64,000 nucleotides of DNA from NCBI GenBank assembly GCA_963842085.1, contig CAWJET010000001.1:3168001-3232000 (forward strand). Reading direction: 5' to 3'. The notes beneath the pieces were generated by a model, which was not told where the DNA came from, made no database searches, and saw only the letters and a program-made list of their open reading frames with translations. The stretch is from an uncultured delta proteobacterium (lineage in GTDB: Bacteria; Desulfobacterota; Binatia; Binatales; Binataceae). Below, piece after piece: positions 58,621-64,000 of this stretch (position 1 is the stretch's first letter; every line of letters starts with the position of its first letter). The position numbers were made by a program, and so were the translations under genes.

Positions 58621-58686
58621 CACTTCAGCGCGAGGCAGCGAATGGATTCCCGGAGCCTCGGCGGGTCGCGCGACAATCATCGAAGT

Positions 58687-58838
58687 TTCTTCTCTCGTGG
58701 GGCTTCACTGACCATTGTGTTCATATTTGACAATAACGTCAATATTAGACATACTTGTCAGGGGGGCCCGGAGTGCGCGTTGCTAACTACCAGCCGGTCG
58801 GAGGATCGAATTCGATGAGAAGCCGATTGATCATCGTA
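58687..58838 (+). repeat. ~153-bp direct repeat, copy 2 (promoter/operator upstream of the RND pump)
   Basis: TTGACA-N17-CATACT with TGACAATAACGTCA and AGACATACTTGTCA; shares GAGGATCGAATTCGATG.GAAGCCGATTGATCATCGTA with copy 1. Confidence 0.88.
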
Positions 58839-58895
58839 AGCGTGTCTATCATCGTGGCAACCATAGCCGGTGTATGGGTCGGCAAAAGATCGTAA
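58815..58895 (+). CDS. Candidate 26-aa single-TM small protein
   Basis: SD GGAGGA; MRSRLIIVSVSIIVATIAGVWVGKRS*. Confidence 0.4.
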   Translation: MRSRLIIVSVSIIVATIAGVWVGKRS

Positions 58896-59053
58896 TGACA
58901 ACTCTGCGAGAACGGATTAACTTTCAGACGGCCAGTGGCAGCATCTGACTATGAACTCAGAATACTTTGCGGCGTCGGCCGCGCTCGCTGGATCAGCGAT
59001 CGTCGGGTTGACGATCGGTCATGATGATCGGTTATAAGTAGGGGGATAGTAAC

Positions 59054-60298
59054 GTGGTTCAGAAACCCCAGCCATGTTTTTCGGCTTCAAGAGCGAAGCC
59101 GACCGCGCCCGCTGGCATCGCCGCCGGGATTTTGATGGTAGCAATGGCCCTTTTTGCGTCGGGCTGCAAAAAGCCGGCACTGACCGCCGCGCCACTCGTC
59201 CCCGAAGTCGCTGTCACCGAAGTCATCCAGAAGGACGTAACTTTGTACTCGGATTTTGTCGGCACCACCGTTGGGTTCGTCAACGCGGAGATCTATCCAA
59301 AAGTCTCCGGCTATCTACTGAAGCAGGATTACCGAGACGGCTCGCACGTGCACTCCAATCAACTGCTGTTTGAAATAGACGATCGCCCGTATAAGGCCGC
59401 GCTCGACCAGGCGCTCGGCACGCTCGCCGAGGAACAAGCCACCCTAAAACAAAATCAACAGGACCTTGACCGCGATACCATACTTTATCAAAAACAGGTG
59501 ATTCCCAAGGAGACTTTCGACCACATCACCCAGGCGTTTAAGGGGAGTGCGGCGCAAGTGCAAGCGGCGCAGGCTGCGGTCGAGAACGCCAAGCTCAACC
59601 TCGGATGGACCAAGGTCTACTCGCCGATAGATGGCGTCGCGGCAATCGCACAGGCCCAGGTCGGCGACCTGCTCAGCACCACGACTCTGCTGACGACAGT
59701 CTCGCAGCTCGACCCCATCAAAGTCACATTCCCAATTCCCGAGAAGGAGTACATGCACTTCGCGGCACAGATTAACGCGGTGGAGAACGGAGTTACGTTG
59801 CCGCCGCTGCCATTCCAAATGATCCTGGACAATGGCGAGACCTACCAACATCTAGGCCAGTTTTACGCTGCTAATCGGCAGGTTGACATCCAGACCGGTA
59901 CGATTCAGATTCAGGCAACTTTTCCGAACCCCGACAATATTCTGCGCCCTGGTCAGTACGCGAAGATCCGCGTCGCCGCCAGCGTCGTGCATAACGCGCT
60001 GCTCGTTCCGCAGGACGCCGTGCTCGAGACCCAAGGGCAATACCAAGTCGCCGTCGTGGGCTCGGACAACAAGGTGACGATGCGCACCGTCGAGCTCGGC
60101 CAGCAGGCAGGCGGTCTTCAACTCATCAAGAAGGGGATCTCGCCCGGCGAGCGTGTCGTCACCGAGGGATTGCAGATGGTTCACGACGGGATGGAAGTGA
60201 AACCGCGCGTTGTACCGGCCCAGCCTGCGCCGGAGGCTACACCTGGATCTGCCGGCGAAGCGCCCTCGCCCGGCGCGACCTCACGCAGCCAGAGCTAG
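59054..60298 (+). CDS. RND efflux periplasmic adaptor (AcrA-like)
   Basis: Lipobox [36 protein letters not shown]. Confidence 0.95.
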   Translation: MVQKPQPCFSASRAKPTAPAGIAAGILMVAMALFASGCKKPALTAAPLVPEVAVTEVIQKDVTLYSDFVGTTVGFVNAEIYPKVSGYLLKQDYRDGSHVHSNQLLFEIDDRPYKAALDQALGTLAEEQATLKQNQQDLDRDTILYQKQVIPKETFDHITQAFKGSAAQVQAAQAAVENAKLNLGWTKVYSPIDGVAAIAQAQVGDLLSTTTLLTTVSQLDPIKVTFPIPEKEYMHFAAQINAVENGVTLPPLPFQMILDNGETYQHLGQFYAANRQVDIQTGTIQIQATFPNPDNILRPGQYAKIRVAASVVHNALLVPQDAVLETQGQYQVAVVGSDNKVTMRTVELGQQAGGLQLIKKGISPGERVVTEGLQMVHDGMEVKPRVVPAQPAPEATPGSAGEAPSPGATSRSQS

Positions 60299-60302
60299 AG
60301 CA

Positions 60303-63300
60303 GTGTCGAAGTTTTTCATCAATCACCCGATCGTTGCGGTCGTTATCGCGATCTTCTTCGTCATCGCCGGTGCAGTGATGGCACTTCGGCTTCCGATCGC
60401 GCAGTTCCCCGACATCGTGCCGCCTCAGATCCAGACCACCGCCGTCTATACCGGCGCCGATGCGCTCACCGTCGAGGCTTCGGTCGCCACTCCGATCGAG
60501 GAGCAGGTCAACGGCGCCAAGCGCATGATCTACATGCAGTCGATCAACGGCAACGACGGGTCGATGACGCTGCAGGTCAGTTTCGAGACTGGCAGTGATG
60601 TCGATATCGACCAGGTCCAAGTCCAGAACCGGCTCTCCCAAGCGACCGCGAGCCTGCCTGCACAGGTCAACAGCTATGGGCTGACGACGCAGCAGACGGT
60701 CGGCATCCCATTGCTGGTGTTTACGATAAGTTCGCCGAACAGGACCTGGGACGCAACATTTTTGGCCAACTACGTTGCAATCAATATCGAAGACGAGCTT
60801 GCCCGGATTCCCGGCATCGGCCAGGTCAAGCTGTATGGAGCGTCCAACTATGCGATGCGGATTTGGGTCGCACCAGATGTCCTCTCCAAGCTTCAGTTGA
60901 CGGTTGCAGACCTTGAGAATGCGATCGCGGCCCAGAATGTGGTCAATCCCGTGGGCCAGATCGGAGGTGAACCAGCCCCGCCGGGCCAGCAACTCACCTA
61001 CACCGTGCGTGCCAAGGGACGCCTGATGAACGCGGAGGAGTTCGGGGAAATTATTATTCGCGCCAACCCGGACGGATCGCTGGTACGGCTAAAGGATGTC
61101 GCTCGGATTGATCTCGGCGCGGAAACCTACACGGAGCAGGCATCTTTCAACGGAGCGCCGGCTGCGATCGTCGGCCTTTTCCAGAACCCCGCCTCCAATG
61201 CGCTCGCCGCCGCCAACCTGGCGAAGGCCAAAATGGCCGAACTCGAGCGTCATTTTCCGGCAGACATGAAAGCCAATCTGACGTTGGACACGACTATCCC
61301 CGTCACCGAGGGCGCCTTGGAGATCGTGAAGACCCTGCTCGAAGCAATCGCCCTCGTGATCCTGGTGGTCTTCATCTTTTTGCAAAGCTGGCGGGCGACG
61401 TTGATCCCGCTGCTTACTATTCCCGTCTCGCTGGTAGGAGCTTTCATGTTCTTCCCGGCGGTCGGGTTCACGGTCAACACGCTTGCGCTTTTGGGGCTGG
61501 TGCTGGCGGTAGGCTTGGTGGTGGACGACGCTATCGTCGTGGTCGAAGCGATCCAGGCAAAGATCGAGCAGGGACGCTCGCCGAGGGACGCTGCCTTGGA
61601 AGCTATGGACGAGGTCGGCGGGGCGCTGGTCGGAATCGCCCTGGTGCTCTCCGCCGTCTTTATCCCGGCCGGATTCATGGCGGGAATAACGGGCTCGCTT
61701 TACCGCCAGTTCGCACTGACGATCGCATTTTCCGTGCTGCTCTCGTGCTTCAACGCTCTCACGCTGAGCCCGGCGCTCGGCGCAATTCTGCTGCGTCCAA
61801 AAAGCACCGGCACCGGCCGCGGACCACTCGCGCGCTTCTTCGCACTGTTCAACGCGGGGTTTGCGCGCGCGCAAAACGGCTACATCCGAACCTGCGATCT
61901 GCTCATCCGTAAGGTTGTGGTGGCGATCCTTGCGCTGCTGGGTTTTGCGGTATTTGCCGGCGGCTTGGGAAAGAATCTGCCGCAATCATTCCTGCCCGAC
62001 GAAGACCAGGGCTGGTTTCTAATTCAGGTCCAGCTTCCCGCGGCCGCGTCGCTGCAGCGGACTAACGCCGCGATGAAGCAAATCGATCAAATCATCAGGA
62101 GCGAACCTGCGATCCTCTACTATAGCTCGAGCTCCGGCTTAAACTTCCTCACGCAGTTGAGCAGCCCCCGGAGCGGAGCCTATTTCTGCCAACTCCAGCC
62201 CTATGGCGAGCGAGGGACCGCTGCTCAGCAATCGCCAGCGATCGTAGCTGACCTCAACCGCAAGCTGGCGGCGCTTCCCCAGGTGCAAGCTTTTGCATAC
62301 TTGCCGCCGCCGATTCCCGGCATCGGCGAGGCTAGCGGTATCGATTTCTTCGTTCAGGATCGGGCTGGCAAAACCGTCGATTATCTATGGGATAATACTC
62401 GGAAGTTCCTTGCCGCGGCGAAAAAACGGCCGGAGATTGGGCCTGTGTTCCTCCTGTTCGACCCAGCGGTTCCGCAGATGTTCGCCGCGGTTGACAAGGA
62501 CAAGGTGTTCAAGCTCGGCGTTCCTATCGAAGACGTGTACAGCGCATTGCAGACCCTGCTTGGTGGCTATTACGTCAACCAGTTCAACCGCTTCGGGCGC
62601 GTGTGGAAGGTGTTCGTCGAAGCGGAGCCGCAGTACCGAGTCAGCGCGACTGACATCGGCCAGTTTTACGTCCGCAACAATCAGGGTTCGATGGTTCCGT
62701 TGTCGACGCTGATCGACATGAAGCGGGCGTTCGGCCCCGAATATACAACCCGCTTCAACGAGTACCGCGGCATCGAGATATTCGCAGTCCCTGCTCCCGG
62801 TTACAGCACCGGCCAGGCGATGAACGCGGTGGGCGAGGTCGCAAACCAGGTTCTCCCCCGTGATATGGGATATGCTTGGAACGGAATCTCTTACCAGCAG
62901 GCTGTCGCCGGCGGTGGGGCTCAAGTCTTCGCGCTGTCGCTGGTATTTGTATTTCTGATCCTGGCTGCTCTCTATGAGAGCTGGTCGCTGCCCTTCAGCG
63001 TGCTACTGAGCGTGCCGGTCGCCGTATGTGGCGCTTTCTTCGGCCTGTGGTCACGCCATCTCGACAACGACGTCTATGCCCAGGTCGGTCTCATAATGCT
63101 GATCGGTCTGTCGGCCAAGAATGCGATCTTAATAGTTGAGTTTGCCAAAGCCGAGCTCGAGAAGGGCGAGTCGATAGTCTCGGCGGCGCTCAAGGGCGCC
63201 CGCGTGCGTCTGCGGCCGATCCTGATGACTTCCTTCGCGTTCATCATCGGCCTGTCTCCTTTATGGATCGCTTTGGGTGCTGGCGGGCAAGCCCGCCGTC

Positions 63301-63497
63301 TGATCGGGACGGTGACCATAACCGGCATGTTCTTCTCCACCGCCTTCGCCATCTTCCTCATTCCGGCGCTGTTCGTCGTTGTCGAGCGGATGTCGCATGG
63401 CATTAAGGGTAAGCCGCTTGAGCCGTCGGCAACTCAGCGGCGGGCTTCCGCGCAGGTGCGTCTACTTCGCGAGCCGGATAAAGGGCCGCTGCGCTGA
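60303..63497 (+). CDS. RND efflux permease (HAE1/AcrB-like)
   Basis: [18 protein letters not shown]; proton-relay motifs [28 protein letters not shown]. Confidence 0.96.
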   Translation: MSKFFINHPIVAVVIAIFFVIAGAVMALRLPIAQFPDIVPPQIQTTAVYTGADALTVEASVATPIEEQVNGAKRMIYMQSINGNDGSMTLQVSFETGSDVDIDQVQVQNRLSQATASLPAQVNSYGLTTQQTVGIPLLVFTISSPNRTWDATFLANYVAINIEDELARIPGIGQVKLYGASNYAMRIWVAPDVLSKLQLTVADLENAIAAQNVVNPVGQIGGEPAPPGQQLTYTVRAKGRLMNAEEFGEIIIRANPDGSLVRLKDVARIDLGAETYTEQASFNGAPAAIVGLFQNPASNALAAANLAKAKMAELERHFPADMKANLTLDTTIPVTEGALEIVKTLLEAIALVILVVFIFLQSWRATLIPLLTIPVSLVGAFMFFPAVGFTVNTLALLGLVLAVGLVVDDAIVVVEAIQAKIEQGRSPRDAALEAMDEVGGALVGIALVLSAVFIPAGFMAGITGSLYRQFALTIAFSVLLSCFNALTLSPALGAILLRPKSTGTGRGPLARFFALFNAGFARAQNGYIRTCDLLIRKVVVAILALLGFAVFAGGLGKNLPQSFLPDEDQGWFLIQVQLPAAASLQRTNAAMKQIDQIIRSEPAILYYSSSSGLNFLTQLSSPRSGAYFCQLQPYGERGTAAQQSPAIVADLNRKLAALPQVQAFAYLPPPIPGIGEASGIDFFVQDRAGKTVDYLWDNTRKFLAAAKKRPEIGPVFLLFDPAVPQMFAAVDKDKVFKLGVPIEDVYSALQTLLGGYYVNQFNRFGRVWKVFVEAEPQYRVSATDIGQFYVRNNQGSMVPLSTLIDMKRAFGPEYTTRFNEYRGIEIFAVPAPGYSTGQAMNAVGEVANQVLPRDMGYAWNGISYQQAVAGGGAQVFALSLVFVFLILAALYESWSLPFSVLLSVPVAVCGAFFGLWSRHLDNDVYAQVGLIMLIGLSAKNAILIVEFAKAELEKGESIVSAALKGARVRLRPILMTSFAFIIGLSPLWIALGAGGQARRLIGTVTITGMFFSTAFAIFLIPALFVVVERMSHGIKGKPLEPSATQRRASAQVRLLREPDKGPLR

Positions 63498-63656
63498 GCG
63501 GGCGTTTAAAGATGGCAGGCTACCAGCCAAATTACGCCATTTCGCGGGCCATGTCCGGGAAAGCTCGCGTAGTGCCCGTTCACCGATTTCGCTATCGTCG
63601 ATTGTTAAAATGGGGAACTTTGTACAGATGTTGCAATACAGTTTGGAGGACGCCAC

Positions 63657-63899
63657 ATGGCAACTGACAACGAGACCTACCTGGAGTTATTGGACGTTTC
63701 CACAAAGACGCAAGTAGGCAAAGCGCCCCTTGCCTCGATTAGATTTATGCCGCGAGTAGGTGAGCGCATTTTCCTTCCGCTCGACGAACCGGGACATTGG
63801 GATTCCTACACCGTGGTGTCGGTTGAGTACTTTCTCGGTGGCCGGTCTCCGTCAGGGCGTATGGACCGGGTGACTCTCTACGTCGAGGAGTCAAAATAG
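63657..63899 (+). CDS. Small hypothetical protein, paralog of 53186-53455
   Basis: SD GGAGG; YLEL.D.....V.KAPL..I.F.PR.GERIF.PL.....WDSYTVV.VEYFLG. Confidence 0.75.
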   Translation: MATDNETYLELLDVSTKTQVGKAPLASIRFMPRVGERIFLPLDEPGHWDSYTVVSVEYFLGGRSPSGRMDRVTLYVEESK

Positions 63900-64000
63900 A
63901 ATTGCGGGTCTGTGGTCGAAAAGATCCTTGACCGTCGGGGAGACGCATAGTCTGTATCTGTGTCCCTCATCTGCGACTGCGGGGCGGTTAGATTTGAAAC

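Noticed and set aside
63971-64000. GGGGCGGTTAGATTTGAA, which on the minus strand resembles a tRNA T-arm/3' end or an IS end
   Set aside because: Cut by the window edge, no CCA, and no partner repeat visible

Overview
High-GC bacterial chromosome window. The gene families suggest a Binatota-like or other deltaproteobacterial soil lineage (inference only). Bases 1-20.9 kb are core and metabolic genes: partial meaB, ispE, tRNA-Gln, prs, rplY, dnaE, hflX (apparent CTG start), a CDP-alcohol phosphatidyltransferase, tadA, and CoA-transferases/hydrolases. An accessory island starts at tRNA-Ser(CGA) (20878-20967) and runs past the window end. It contains: (i) a decayed large-serine-recombinase/DUF2924 element broken by an IS5 insertion and a frameshift; (ii) a nested set of transposon ends around a GntR + diiron pair, an inverted orphan att-like end and a truncated phosphoketolase; (iii) a TetR-led aromatic ring-cleavage cluster; (iv) a ~24.4 kb block bracketed by ~153 bp diverged direct repeats. 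That block holds orphan ORFs, a glycogen -> phosphoketolase -> acetate kinase cluster (malQ, xfp, glgP, pgm, tal, DUF2090, ackA, glgX) and a divergent regulator pair, a wHTH-STAND ATPase and an unusual RpiB-AraC fusion. A gapless 62-bp non-coding motif occurs three times in front of the block's rightward transcription units. (v) An RND pump follows. The best candidate for an undescribed system is this motif-linked regulon.
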